The notes under the pieces: model-generated
What the model was told of the DNA's origin: nothing
What the model saw: only the letters and a program-made list of their open reading frames with translations
Database searches by the model: none
In this document: in pieces, positions 24,566-38,766 of the stretch
Layout of the letters: every line of letters begins with the position of its first letter
Numbering within the stretch: the first letter of the stretch is position 1
Assembly (NCBI GenBank): GCA_000934665.2
Contig: JYFJ02002389.1
Location: 1-57,848 of the forward strand
DNA: 57,848 nucleotides
Source: Catajapyx aquilonaris
Taxonomy: Eukaryota
Direction of reading: 5' to 3'
Program-made: the position numbers and the translations under genes

Positions 24566-26419
24566 TCTTTCCTAAGTTTACAGTAAAAGTGACGTGCTGG
24601 TCATCCTCTGCTTCGGGCGACCCATCTAGCAAGGGAGGTTATTGGGGGTTGGCATAGCTTCCAGGATGATCCCCCATTGCGTACTTGTGTAACCCTAATA
24701 TGCAATTAGCTCAGTAATGGATTCTAAATTGCCAAAATCAACTAGGGTAATATCGACTCAATGAACCTACAGGAACTCCGCACATTTCCCACCACCATGC
24801 TGGTATAATGATAGCTACGTGTAATGACTTTCTCAAACACTTCCAGATTAGGTGATTTCACTGCGTAATCATGAACCATAAATCATTCACTGTAATCACC
24901 CATCTTGAACCACTTTATTATTTTAAAAACCTTATTCACCAGTTAATATCTAGCTACAAATCGAGAAAATTATTTAGAAAATTACCCGCTTTCCTAGGCA
25001 AAAAAACCAGCCCTTAATCTCACTTTCTGAAATACACATAGTGGTCAACGAAATCAGGGTCCGTTTGTTGGAAATCACAACCATTCATCAAGAGGGAATG
25101 CATGACCCTTCACCTTCATTGTCCCATCCTTCCACGGGAAATCACCGGATCTTCCGCTTTCGACAAAGACACGCTGATGCCGCGTCCTGAAAAATGGTGA
25201 CATTAAAAGACACTATTGGAGGAAAGGTCAAGAGGGGTCACCACGAGGAAGCCCTCAAGGGCGCCTTTGGCCATTCACTAGCACTATACTTTTGGATGCA
25301 GCTGCTGTCCCGCTTCCTGATCTACGCTACTCTCCATATTATCAGCTTCAAGCTTTTACTGGGCTGTTTTTAGAGTACGTACTGTATACATGTACCGGTA
25401 TAGTGTAAAGGCACCTTGAAGGACAGTAGGTTCACTGGTTGAGCAGGTTGAACCAAGGTCAAAATATCGGCTAATTGTGCAGCTTTTGTTGGGCCCGCTT
25501 TAATTATGTGATGGGAAGAATGCTGTAGTGCTATGTCCTGAGTTCGACCCCAGGTGTACCGTTTTGTTATATTGTGCTGTACACTCATTGTCGCTTGTTT
25601 ATATACTGTACATTCCAACATACGTTACATTATTGGGAAGTGCGACCATGATTTCGTGAAGAACTATTTTCGTTGATCCAGTATGACATATTGTGAAGAT
25701 AAGGCTACACACGCGATGCATACTGGGCTGCTTGTGATAGCTTCACAAAGACCATTGTTATTACTGTCCATGAGCTGCACACATCAGGCTGACCAGCACA
25801 CTCACATATTTTCTTCACTGATAAATAGAATGTCCATGACACTGTTTTGTCATCATGGTGTCTATAAAGGGGGTGAAGTCCCATTTGCCTGATCTGACTC
25901 ATGGCAGATGTCTTTCACAATGTGGCAGCAGTTGTTGGCGTTTTGGGTCAGAATGTGCATGTAGACGTATTGTGCAGTACATATGCAGAATGAAGAATAA
26001 TTGGTGAGGTGGTAATGTGGCGGGCGAAAGTATAGTGAACAGCTTCCGATCACGCGAATATGTTTGCATTGCCCTCTTTCAGAAATAGAACTAGATGCCA
26101 GATTAAATAGCCGCTTTATAATACCGCAGTTAACATGCAATGCTCCTGATAGTAATATTTATGAATAATAGTCAAATGAATGATAGTTGATCATACAAGG
26201 TAATGTAGATGAAAGTGGGGAAATTTCCCAGATAATAAATTGCCAAAGATAATGACAACAATCAGGTGCTGACAATTGCCCAATTGCAACATACCAACTG
26301 TGGCGGTCTTCCACAGTTGGTATGTTGCAATTGGGCAATCTTGGTGTGCTCATGTAACACGATTATTAGGTACATAATTATTATGGTCATATAGCGTTTA
26401 ACTTCATGACTTCCTGTAA

Positions 26420-26480
<61 letters not shown>
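26420..26480. repeat. (AAT)n microsatellite
   Basis: Direct reading, about 20 units. Confidence 0.95.
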
Positions 26481-26620
26481 GTGGGGGTATGTGCTTCACC
26501 TTTTCGGTATCTTGCACGGACCTTTATTGTTGTTAATATTCGTACATTACGTACGCGTACATATTGGAACCATTTGCGAAACGCCCGGGTCCACGGGCGG
26601 GATGACAGGAGGCAGACAGG

Positions 26621-26828
26621 AGGGGATGTGCAAGATGCAGTGCAATGTCGTTGCTAATGTCGTTTTTGAACTCCCCAGGGTGGTTTGTCTTATCGGAAAT
26701 ACCACTCGAGACGAAGCCAGAGACGGCCCAACTCTGCACGAGATGAAGGGGGTGTCCCAGGGCTGGGATCGAACCCGGGACCTTAACATCCGTGGGCGCA
26801 TACGTTACCGCAGCGCCACTTCGCCTCT
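26621..26828 (-). mobile_element. tRNA-derived SINE, family 2
   Basis: Minus strand A-box-like GTGGCGCTGCGG and B-box GGTTCGATCCC; closely similar to 38560-38766. Confidence 0.8.
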
Positions 26829-29466
26829 CTCGACTTCCTGAATAATCACAATTTTGCAATATCTGTATTTTTTTGTGTTCAACAAAAGGATGAATGATAT
26901 TGTTAGCATTCAAAACAATGTATTTCTAAGAGGGAATGGAACATTATTTTTGTCTTATCTCCGCAGTCAAATGCTAAGGACCGGATGTACCCACTTAAAT
27001 TAAATTGAAAATCTTTTATGCATTTTAAATAGCCTACTTATGAATAATTTGAGATTTTCCCTTAACTTACGTTCATCACTTAACCAAGCATTTAAGTTAT
27101 GTGATATACCCTATATACTATAGCGTTTGAAGAAATTTTATTCTCAAGTTTTACTCTCCCGCACCCATTTTCCGCTCACGTCGCGTCACGTCGCATCGCG
27201 TCGGTAGAAATCCCGTCGATATATACCATACAATGCGGGCCATTAATTGTTTGCACCTGCCTATACTTATCGGAGTTACATAAAAATGTGTGATACAGTG
27301 CAGATGCAGGGTGCATTTGACAGTCCTTGTCTCAGGGCGAACCCATCACACATAAATATACGTATGGAAATAATAATGGTACCCTGATGATATTTCCCAC
27401 GTACTCTGTCAGTCATGCTTATTCACAGGTCAACTTGTGAAACTTCCAGTACTTTCAGCATGGAACCAGTTTTATTTTTGCAAAATGCGCATACAATCAT
27501 GATCATGACTGAAATGTGCGATCCATCACAACAGCATAAGACGAGGCGATGCTTTCATCCGATTTCATTGTGGTGCCTCCTATATCCTTCCCAGATCCTT
27601 CCAGTGTCGCCATGTTGACTCGATCACTTTACCGGACACTCAAAAAATACTGATAATAATGTATTGTACCGTGCGTAACAAAAATAAGTTTACATTTATA
27701 TAGATGGAAATTTCCCTGATTTTAAGGTACTAGACATATTCCACTGATTCCAATGTAAGCTACTTGCCATTGCACATGGTGTAATACTGGTATTATGATC
27801 TCGTTTCATAGGCGGCAGATTCCACAACATGATTAATGCAACCTAAATTATTTATAAATTCATCTTGTACTGTAATACATGCTTTATATCAGGTTTATTA
27901 ATTTGTGGATACAGAATTTCACTACCCCTCGATAAGTATCTAGTGTTGCATGTGTTATGCTGTAATTATAAAAGCGAGGAACAAATGGAGATAAATGAGC
28001 AAGCGTGATTTTTTTTGCTCGCAGTGCTACCAAGTTGCGGCGGTAATTTTTAAACACTTATTTTTAAATAGCTTATAAAGCTCAATTTTAATAATGATTT
28101 CAAACATTACACAGGTTCATAATTTTTTGGTACAGAAATTATTTACCTATCTCAAATAAATATTAATACGAAGATATAGCGACATTCTCCATACATAATA
28201 TTAGTCCCTGGCGCAATGTTATTTTCATGTCTATAACAAAAGAATGGGAGTCCCCACTACTTATAGCCCTGCTATTGGCAGATTCCACCCACCTCCTATT
28301 CCGTCCACGGATTCCGTCATTCCGAATCACACACTGAGGGCGATAATATTATAGGGTCGGAAAGACGTGGATTTGCCATATGACATGCATTTGACAGAAG
28401 TTACCTCGGAAATATTATTATCATACGCAAGGCATGACAACTTTCTGATATCTCGCTCGGTGGGTTGTCGGTAGTGGATGGCGTTCAGATAAGGCAGTGG
28501 GTTGGATCTGGCTTAATCCTGGAGCAGGACTGTAATGCTATGGAAAATTGCTAGGGATTTCATGGCAATTTAAGGATGATCAATTATGGTGACGAGGATG
28601 GCGTGCTTGTGTAAGAATGTCACAAGCCCAATCGTGCATGATTTTTCATTGATTATATATCTATGAATGGTGTCAAATGTGACTCTTCCGTCTGACTGGT
28701 TTAGGGTGTGATTCATGTGGGAAGAGTGAAATGGATAAAGCTGTCAAAAGTGCCCCAGAACTTTAAGTCAGTGTCAGTTCAAGTTTGGAGTTGGAACCAA
28801 AAAGTTCGAAGATGGTTTGGATTCTGGTGGATCATCCTAAATTCGGGAATCCTGACCCTGGGTAAGAGCCAGTTAAATTTTGCTAAATAATCCTGGGCAA
28901 AATATTTTTTGGCACTATAATATTATATTGGTCGATTCATTTAGAAAAAATAGCTTAAAAGTATTTGACTTAATGTGACAGTGGGGGAAAATTTGTTGCT
29001 GTAGAAATGTAGGATATATTGCCGCATCTCTGACATATATGGTACAACTCCGAGCGTGCATTTTATGCCGAATATCCTTATCTTGGTACAATACTGTACA
29101 TGTATACGTCACTTGGTGTATCGATAACATCGGCAAAAAGAATGTCAGACTTGTACTTTATGTTTTGTGTATTTCATTCCGGTCAAATGATCTGTACAGG
29201 ACATTACGTCTGTCCGGCCCGGTGTCTCAGATGACCAGGGTGGTAATGTCACGCGATGCTATACTTTGCCCCTACATGTTATGTGTTCGGATTTACTACT
29301 GGTGATAACTAACTCCATGAAAACAACAATTAAGAAGCATGATAAGTAATGAAAACATGTCAAAACAAAGGTGGGTTCAATTTTATTCAGAATCAATATA
29401 CTGTAGTAATTATCCGATCTATGAATTATTAGTGCTGACATTCAATAATTACTAATGATTACTGTA

Positions 29467-30507
29467 CAGTAGGGTGGAGCGAAAAAAAACAACTAAAGTT
29501 GCCCGATTAAATCGCACGGGGTGTCAGAAGTTGTGTATGGACAAGTACAAGTAGTATAACACTGGTGATTCTTTTAAAAGAATTTTCGTACTTCATCTTC
29601 ATTTGTCGCCAGAGCCTTCAAGTTTCGCCATTTTTGCGAGAACAACACATATATTAGGCCTACATTATGCAACACGATTTTTGTCCATGGAAATTCATCG
29701 CTATTTCCATGTTGCTTACGTCGCTGGTAACTCATAATTGACCATTCATTTTGTGTGGGATTTGTTTTTGACCTTGGGGCAGTTGCAGTCAAAAAACCAA
29801 ATTCCTCGAAATACTGCATATCAGTGGATCATTCCGAATCAAGTAGTCCGAAATGTTGCTAGACCATCTCGGAATTTGCTGAAAAATATCACCGCTGTGC
29901 ATGACACGCCATGTCAAGTTTCAGCCAAATTACGCAATACCGTAGGGAGAGAAAAAAAAATCGCGAAATTTAGGAAAATAGTGAAAATCAGACCCTTTCT
30001 GATAATTTTCTCGATTAGTGGAAATGGTCAAACACCAATAAACAATACATCAAATGAAAGAGGATGACGAGGGGAATGCGGCTATGGAATTAGTTCCCCT
30101 CTAAAGTGTAACCAGAAAATTGTGCGTGGCATTCCATCGGTCACGTGCTCGGTCACATGTCCAAGAATTTTGAATTTTTCTGGTTACATTTGAGAGGAGA
30201 ACATACTAATTCCAGAGACGCATTCCCCCCGTCATCCTCTTTCATTTGATGTACTATATGTTTATTGGTCCCACCCTTACCTTATTTCCTAGTAATCCTT
30301 GCACCGGAGTTCGAAGTAAAAATACAATCAGAAAACTGTATGGTGGTCTGCCACCCTCCTATAACGACCAAGTAGTTGTATGACGGGGCAAATAAAATAA
30401 AATAAATATGTTTATTGGTGTTTGACCACGTCCACGAACCGAAAAAATTATCCGAAAGGGCTTGATTTTCACTATTTTCCTAAATTTCGCGATTTTTTTC
30501 CCTACTG
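29467..30507. mobile_element. Non-autonomous DNA transposon whose right half (29942-30505) is a long foldback
   Basis: TA|CAGTAGGG ... CCCTACTG|TA; 29942-30122 is mirrored by 30172-30269 plus 30420-30505. Confidence 0.7.
30270..30405 (+). mobile_element. 5'-truncated retroposon (SINE/LINE 3' end) inserted in the foldback arm
   Basis: 14-bp TSD ATATGTTTATTGGT (30256-30269, 30406-30419) and (AAAAT)n tail; ccttgcaccggagt is the reverse complement of 4821-4834. Confidence 0.8.
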
Positions 30508-33500
30508 TACAGTAGGCTTTGCTAATTTTGAATTAACTTAACACCTGTGGTACTCCACTATAAATAGCCCGTTTAGTCTGCACAAAAAGGGATTTACGCG
30601 ATAATACGGTTAAAGAGTTCACGTGCTTTGTGGTGCTGCCAAATGACCTTCATTAATGACGCGTAATAATTCTAGTAGGTGACCCCAAGTTTAGTGGCCC
30701 CATGGCGTGCCCCTTTCAAGCGGTTGTAGATCCGCAGACGAATGATTACATTTCCATGTTTCCATATACCACGCAACGATTGCGCAAGGGTGTCTCATCC
30801 TGAAATATCTGTTCACCTTGGGGGGAAAAAACACCGGACACGAACCTCATTTTGGTGTTAAGGATGCGGAGAATTAGCATACATGTATATTCCGCATGCG
30901 AGAATGTGGCCTGTTGTGAATGAATCATTTTGCTCAATGTTAACTGATATTGCACATATCCTATTTATTCGCACGGAGTTGCTTAATCCTACTTTCCTTA
31001 TAAATAAGGACTGAAACAGGCTATAGTGTTAGAAAAGCATGCGCTCTATCAGTGGCTGATAGTTATAGTTTAGGATGCGAATAATCGAGTGAAAAAAAGC
31101 TGGCTTTAACTGATACATCTTGACCGCCGTACTTTAACAGAGAGGACAAACTTTAAAGGAAGTTCCCACGTTACCATGTGTTGATACTTGCCCTTATTTG
31201 CGTAAGAAAATTATTGGCATAGGGATGGGTGGGAGGTGCAACATGGAACTCTTGGCATATTCAAGTGCACCTGGCAACATCAAGTCGAACAGCTGCTACG
31301 TACAGCACCTGGATAAAACGCGCAGTACCTTAATAAGCTTCATACTACTTGCCAGTTACTTCCTTCCTACACTAAGAGGCTCTACATATCTCGTTACAGT
31401 ACAGGTAAATACCACAATTTTTGACACCTTCTAGAAATTTATTCGCGACCATTTCATATTCTATTACATGCACATGAAATTGGCTTTCCCAGCTCGGATG
31501 TACTATACACAAAAGATTTCACCTCTTCAACCACGAATCAATATTTGTCTTTTCCGAGCATACTGTGTATAGGCCTCTAGAGTTCTATATACCTATAGCA
31601 GTTGGCCCCAAATTGTCATAACCACCCCTTCCCGCCTGAAGCTGGAAATACGATTTGAGCAATGAAATTTTAATGCTTATATGCGGTTATACGACAAGTA
31701 TATTCCGGAGGTGGAACTGGTCACATGACAATATCCGGAGGAAAAGGATGGAAGGGCAGGGGGATGGGGAATAGGGATGGAAGAAATGCGCAGTAACATC
31801 ATATTCCCAGATGGAAGTCGTTTTGAGGGAATAAGCAAATCCGAAATGGACTTTTCTTTTTTTATATATAAATTTCCTCCAGGGAGAGACGGATTTCCTC
31901 ATAACATGTACCGATGAAGCCATCTGCTTCATCCTTCAGGCAAGTAACTTTTTCCATGGTTTTAGACTCTATACGATCGATCCTTTTTTTAAAAAAAAGA
32001 AAAAAAAAATCCATGCAATCCGAGGTTCTCAGGGGCATTAAGCTGATCCCTAAAGCAACCTGTTGCTGTAACAGGCAAATGAGAATAATGAGACTTGAGC
32101 CGCTCAACCCATATTACAGTCGGTGGCTAGGAAATATGGGTCAGTGCCAGCTTCACCTTGCCCTGTTTTTATATGCCTATAGCCCTATGTTTTTTATCTT
32201 CATTCTTTTTAGTGTGGGTAGGGTTAAAAGCAAGTACATCAAGCTGAGTCACAAGCTGAGTCGCCCAAAATCGGGGCTTTTGTATGCTGCTTCACCACCT
32301 GCCCCCCTCTAGTCTCACCCAGCTCGATACTTGCAGGCTATAGCCTTCAAACTCGACCAAAGTCAAGCTTCCTGTTTTCGTCCAGCATCAGTTCAATCCC
32401 TCACTATCCGTACACACAGAGAGTCCGGAAAAAAAAATCCAGGTAATCCGGGCTTGTGATGACTAATTTATAGGCGCGGACTGTAAAAGTGTAAATAGAT
32501 TGCGAATAGGGTAATGCCAACACTGGACACGGCGCGGCGTGGATCAAACGGGTTCAGGAATATTTTAAGAATTATAGTAATTTATATGTCTGATCACGCA
32601 CCTGTCTCGAGTGGGTACCACTGTATGAATTGCAGTGTCGAAAGTTTTTTTTTTCAACCGCAGCATCCCCACAGAATTTTGTAATATAGGTACTGTATAC
32701 TTTCACATGTGACCACTGTACCAACAGCAGGGCAATCTGTAGAGGATTGTAGTTTCCGTTCCAAAAAAAAATCGGATTAACTGTTGTAGACACGTCATGA
32801 AAATTTTATCCGCTCGCGTGAGGAAAATTATAAGGATAAGCAATTTAACCGCCACTCAGTTTCCTTGTTAATTAACCCCCATACGATGTCGTCTGGACCG
32901 GAGATTACCTGGCACCAGCCCATACTTCGCATCGCAATCGCAGGAAAAAAAAAGAACCATTGTCATTAATGAGTCTACATGATTATTACTCAAAATTATA
33001 TCCTCACATACCGCTACTTCAAAAGAAACACCGCAAACATGTAGTGGTATACCACCAGCTTCACAAGCGCATTTTACAGCCCCGGAATGGTCACAACTTG
33101 CATTTCTCGGAAGACTAACTTTGCAACCACCTAAACAGTATACAAACACGGAACCAACAATCCGTGTACAAAACACACAAAAAATTCATCCCTCAAGTCC
33201 ACGTGCACCTTACATTCCAGAGTCCAAAATTTGGTCAGATTTTACACAAAGGACTACAAATCCGGTTTGTGCATGTTTACCGTACCACGAACGTGTTTCC
33301 CATCCCATAAGCAGGTCCGGACCAAGGGGAAGCACACCCTGTCCTTTATCCGTACTTTTTGGTGGAGCCCCTAGAATAGTCGGCGCAGTGAAAGGCAGTA
33401 GGCAATGCAGCAGAGCACGCCAGCAGCAGCAGCAGGCCGCGCAACGAAAAAAAAAGGGGGNGGGGGGGGGGGACCCCATACTAGACCATATAGTGTATAG

Positions 33501-35054
33501 GGGGAGCTCCAGTGGCGGGAGGGACGGCTTGGCGGCCACACTACTGTTCTTCGGACTGCTCACATGGTCATACTTCTCACTTGCTCTTAGTTAGTGGTGA
33601 GTAGATTATTTTGAGGGTATATAGACATGGGGGGGGTGAGATTTGCCGCCATTTTTTTTTCAAATAGAAAAACGTGACAATTTTGTTATGAACACCTAGC
33701 AACTATGTAAAAAATATGACAGACAATTTGGTATACTCCAAGTTCACCATGCACGGTCACACTGGAGATCAAAACCAGCATATGATTTAAGAGTGTAAAC
33801 TTCGCTCTCCTGACAAATTACACTTATGAGGGTTGTCACGTTTTTCCACCACACCCCCCAAAATGTTTGGCGCCAACTAAGTGTCCATTAAAAAAAATTA
33901 CCACGGTGTTGTAATATGGTTGAAATAAATGTAGGCTGAAAAAAGGTGTAGGGTTGGTTGCAGCCGTGTGAGGATAAATTCGGCGGTGACCTTGAACGTA
34001 CAGTCGTCTTATGTAGGACCATCGGATTTATCGCTATAAATTGCAAATTCGGTTGGAACTTGCGGAAATATATACAGTATACTCTGAGAATACAATACCT
34101 CGGAAGATGATAGTGAGGGCGAGGACGCTTGCCTTTGAAAGTTTTCATCAAGGACGGGCAAAACCCTGCCTCCGTGCTTTTAAACTTTAGTATTGCCCTC
34201 ATGACCTAGGGCAAGTTTTATTTTTACGTATTCATTAGTCGTGAACATTTCCGTAAAGTTTAAGCGCGAGGTTCATGCAAGGACTGTTTCACATTCATTA
34301 GGGCATGCGAAACGTACAGATTTGCATGCACTAATAGAGTGAGCTTTGTTGATCACTAGGTAGCTGTGTGTTCATATATCCTGGTCGAAATTAAGTGACA
34401 AGGACGTTAAAATTGGGGTGGGGTGGGGGGGGGGGAGGGGGAAGTAATAAATTCTGCCCGACTGACTATATCATATTTTCCACCCACTTGATCGGTAATC
34501 AGCACCGTTTTGTCCAAAAAACGACCACTTGTGCCCCTTCACCTAGTAAAATCACAACGGTACTGGGTATCGACCGTCATCAGCATGAACCCTCATTATC
34601 TTCACGGTTGAATTCGCCGTGGATTGGCCTCAGAGACAGGTTTTACGGTTTGATTTTTTCGAGAGTGAAGAGTGATGGGGATTTGGAGGACTGTGTTGGA
34701 CCCACGTTCTTGCTATTAGTCGGTTGATGATTAGTTTTCGGTTTGCTGAATTCGTATTAACTTAAATGATTTTTTTATAAATATTATGGAAGTCTCTTAA
34801 GAGTTTTTTTTCATAACCCATTAACATGTCGTGGACTTATACATTGAAATAAAAACAACAACAACAACAACAACAATACCCAGCAGTTTGATATCTGCGG
34901 GCTGTTAGAGGATACTCTTTTAAATACCCGACTTTGTGTCTCTGCACTTCTGATGGATATTGATAGCGGCCCGAGGAAACGGGATAATCTCGAGAACAGT
35001 CGCGCAGACATGTCGAGAGAACCTAAACTTTTTAAACTTGTGAAATTCCACTCT

Positions 35055-35120
35055 CAGACCCGGTGATCGAATTCGGGACCTCAAAGGCGGAAGGTTGTGG
35101 CGCTATAACCACTACACCAC
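35055..35120 (-). mobile_element. SINE tRNA-like head fragment (same family as 36330)
   Basis: Reverse complement gtggtgtagtggttatagcgccacaaccttccgcctttgaggtcccgaattcgatc aligns to 36334-36390. Confidence 0.6.
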
Positions 35121-36329
35121 TCTTTCATACAATTTGTTATATTTGTTACAACTCCAGGGTGATTAATCCACAACTTGGCCCTCCTGATGTAGTCGTCAGG
35201 TTGGTCAAAGGACACCTTGAATAACTCTCTGGCACTATGTTGAAGATGAGGCGGCTAGAGACCGTCCGCAAAATCTCTACCGTACTGATGTCAGTTGCCT
35301 TTTGTTCCACCTGGTGTATCCGCCATGGGCGTGATGATGAAGGCTGCCAGAAGTTTACTGATTTATGGACTCCATTGTTTTTTCGTTAAGACACTGTAGG
35401 TGGTTAATAAAAATCACATCTTATTACGGCACCCAAATATATTAGCACAAATTGATATTCAAATTAATATTTCAGACGCCGGAAGTTAATAATTATGTAC
35501 CAGCATGCGCCGGTATACGTTATGGTAAATACGAGTGTACTAATTAAAATAATTGCTGTGTAAGTCACGTTCTCTTGCATTGCTAGCAGGGGAAAGGCAT
35601 AATTACAGCATATATTATTATAGCCTATAGCTAACATTGTTCACAGTGCATATGTGACAATAAGCTCGTTGTCCATTCAGATGTCTAGTCATCGTCAAAG
35701 GAGAATTATTTTCATTATTAGGGTGTTTTTCTGCACAAGTTGACGGCCCCATCAGCGGGAAAGAGGATGGATAAATCGCCCCATGGCGATATAAATAAAG
35801 CCATGAACATAATCCCACTTATCGTCACCCAAGCCGAGCGTACGCGAACCTAATTAAGAATCACAAAAAAATTGTTCGAAAATTGGTCTGCAACATAAGT
35901 GCGGGACAATAGGCTATACGAGATAAAAATAAGTGACTCTTGTATTATAGGTGCAGTCAATAAAAAAACGAGCCGAATTGATTGTGACCAATAACGCATA
36001 TTGGCATGTATAACCTTCGAACCTTAAAAGAATCACTGCCGACAGCGGTACTCGTTGGACATATACATTCTCCCAGTATTTGACATCAAAAAATTTCTTG
36101 CAAATGTGCCAATAAGGCCTTCAGCTAATGTCGACATCATAAAAGTGACTCTGAAACATTCCTAAAAGCTACGATAAAAATTAATCCGTGTTGCCTAGTT
36201 CGTTTATAGACTACAGTAGAGCTTATTCATTCCTGTAAATGTTGAGTACTTGTGAGCGAAATTATGCACCATTCTTGAACATTTTAGCAACACTTTTGCA
36301 CTATTGTTCATGCAGGGCAGATCATATAA

Positions 36330-36495
36330 CACTGTGGCGCAGTGGTTAGCGCCGCAGCCTTCCACCTCTGAGGTCCCGAGTTCGATCCCCGGGTCGGACA
36401 GAGGATACTTATGTGGATAGAGTTTTGATGGGTTCTCTCCGTGTTCGCGTGGGTTTTCTCGGGGTTCTCCCGTTTCCTCCCACATTCAAAATCCA
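36330..36495 (+). mobile_element. tRNA-derived SINE with V/Meta-type central domain
   Basis: A box TGGCGCAGTGG, B box AGTTCGATCCC, then gcgtgggttttctcggggttctcccgtttcctcccaca, which resembles the conserved V-SINE/MetaSINE core. Confidence 0.75.
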
Positions 36496-38272
36496 TTACA
36501 GCGCAGCTTCCATGATTAAAGATGGTTCACGAAAAGATGGAACGGCAACTAATGTACTACAAATCCCAGCATGCTAAATGAAGGTGACACCTGCACGTGC
36601 GGCTGCACCGGTCTTAGCAGTATGGACTAACTTCTTGAAAACACGCGCCAAAGTGACAATGCGCACAAACCGGAAAGTAGCCCTCTGCTGGCGGATTTAC
36701 AAACTTCGATGTATGATACCTTTACCACAGAGATGCAGTAACCCTAAGTGATTCTGACTGTGCTTATTACATGTAGTTAGTATCGTTACCTGCCATCTTA
36801 TGCATTTTTGAAGTACTTGGTACGTGCTTGGACCAAAGTATTTAAAGTGCGTCACAAGGTGGATAATAATTCTGCCATAGCGCTCGCTGTGCCAAAATAA
36901 ATCGGCCAGGTGATGTGACCCCACTGTAGTAGGGAAAATTGTACAGGATATGAAAGTTTGTCATTGGCATTCTCATCATGTATCATAATTATGGACATCT
37001 TGTCATACGTATAAACATGGTACTTGGAAGATTACTTGGGGGGTGAAATCTTGAACGTTCACGAAGATGACAAATCCACGCACACCATGGCAAGACAACA
37101 TTGGGCCACTGTGACAGGCAAATGACAATCCGTATCAACGTGCCGACATGGCTACATATGCAGGGATATGACTTCTATCAGGCAAATAAGGATGTACTAC
37201 GTTAAAAAAAATCAGACAAAGTTACAGGTCCATAACAATTGCTCTATTGTCAAAAGGGGGGAAAAACTAGCATAAGCGAAAGAGAGAAGGAAATTAAGGA
37301 AAGCGATCTGGTCGAAGGTCATTTTTAGTTATGAGTCTATGTTAGAGGTCAGCCCTGGTGGCAACCCGGCTGCGGATTCGGCGCACCAAGTGAGATACGT
37401 ATCTTTCCATACAATAACAGCGCTAATACCTACGGAAAAAATACCGGACGGGATAAAATACCGACGGGAAAAAAGTGGAAAGGTATATGTTCTGTGTATA
37501 TTTTCGGTAATAAAGCTGTCGGAAATTTATTCTGTCTGTATTATGTCTTTCGGTATTACGTACCAGACCCCCTTTTGTACACTTTGGTATTGGAAAAGGT
37601 GCACCACCTTTTCCAATGCCAAAGGGTACAAATTGCTTACATGTTCCCTGCAGGGAGGCGACTGTCAGACTATGTAATAAGCATACTATTAATAAATTAT
37701 AGTACCGGTACATTAAGGCATTATTATCAAGATTGAAGAGACAATTGATGTGCTCAACAGTATAGCCCTAGAAACCTTTTACACAAGTCACCGCCGCTCA
37801 TTAACAAAAATATTAGCCTGTCTTCCTTAGAGAAATGCATTGATCAGCACACCAAAACTTGTGCTTCACTATAGAACATGGAGTGTCAGTCAGTGGAATT
37901 GCCCACAAACCCATTTTATGATCGACATTCGCTCGGGCTCGGTAGAAAAAACGTGGCCGAGATACAAATTGACTTTTCTCGGATATGTACTTATTTCCCC
38001 TTGTCCTTTGCTGGAAAAGTGTTACTTATAGATCAGGTGGATAAACAATAATTAGCCTACTGTGTTTCTTGCCAAATAAAACCGAGGGAAAATGCCACCA
38101 AATTCCCTAATAACTTTCCTTACCGTGACGTACGGTACGGCATTTCAAACCTAAGCTAAATTGCACTACCGTCCAGACGCTCTCATGTATTACCCTGGAA
38201 CTTAACCCTGTAACCGTGACGTGGGGTCTTTTAGGACCCCAAAGGAATTAAATGCATTAAAATGATAATTAC

Positions 38273-38420
38273 TTGCGGTTCTCCCGATCATCTATAGCTG
38301 TTTTAGGTTTATTTTTACAAGTTTTAATTTAGTTCATATTTTGGGTTAGCTTGTGGCTCCCGTCATCGCTGACAACCCCTTATAGGGAAATGGCGTGATG
38401 AACTGATGATGATGATGATG
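38273..38420 (+). mobile_element. LINE 3' fragment with (GAT)n tail (RTE-like)
   Basis: Ends in ...ggcgtgatgaactgatgatgatgatgatg and is flanked by the duplicated target AAAATGATAATT. Confidence 0.55.
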
Positions 38421-38432
38421 AAAATGATAATT

Positions 38433-38766
38433 TTTTTTTCATTACCCCACGGGGGGAGTTATGCTACTCCTTAGGGGGGGGTGGGTTACCACCATTGGAA
38501 TTTGATTTTTTGGAGCGAGTTTAAGAAGATCTGAATTAGTGTACTCCAAGGGTGGGTGGGAGGGGATGTGCAAAGTGCAAGTGCAATGTCTCTAATCGTC
38601 ATTTTGTGAACTCCCCCGGGTGGCTTAGTCTATCGGAAATTGCCACCCGAAACGAAGCCAGAGATGGCCCAACTCTGCACGAAAGAAGGTGGGAAGGTGG
38701 GGATTGAACCCGGGACCTTAACTTCCGTGGGCGCGCGCGTTACCGCGGCGCCACTTCGTCTCCCCA
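38433..38766 (-). mobile_element. Full-length tRNA-derived SINE, family 2
   Basis: 15-bp TSD ATGAAAATGATAATT (38418-38432, 38767-38781), poly-T on the plus strand (A tail), A/B boxes at the right end, homologous to 26621-26828. Confidence 0.85.

Noticed and set aside
26406..26657. Poly-Ile membrane-protein ORF
   Set aside because: Translation of an (AAT)n microsatellite.
19300..37300. Numerous 60-160 aa ORFs in the long gene-poor stretch, including possible transposases
   Set aside because: No recognisable domains, catalytic motifs or consistent exon chains; no autonomous transposon ORF was found in the window.
37329..37389. Exon-like segment YESMLEVSPGGNPAADSAHQ|gtgaga upstream of APN
   Set aside because: Exit phase does not fit the 39575 acceptor; at most an untranslated exon, and unsupported.
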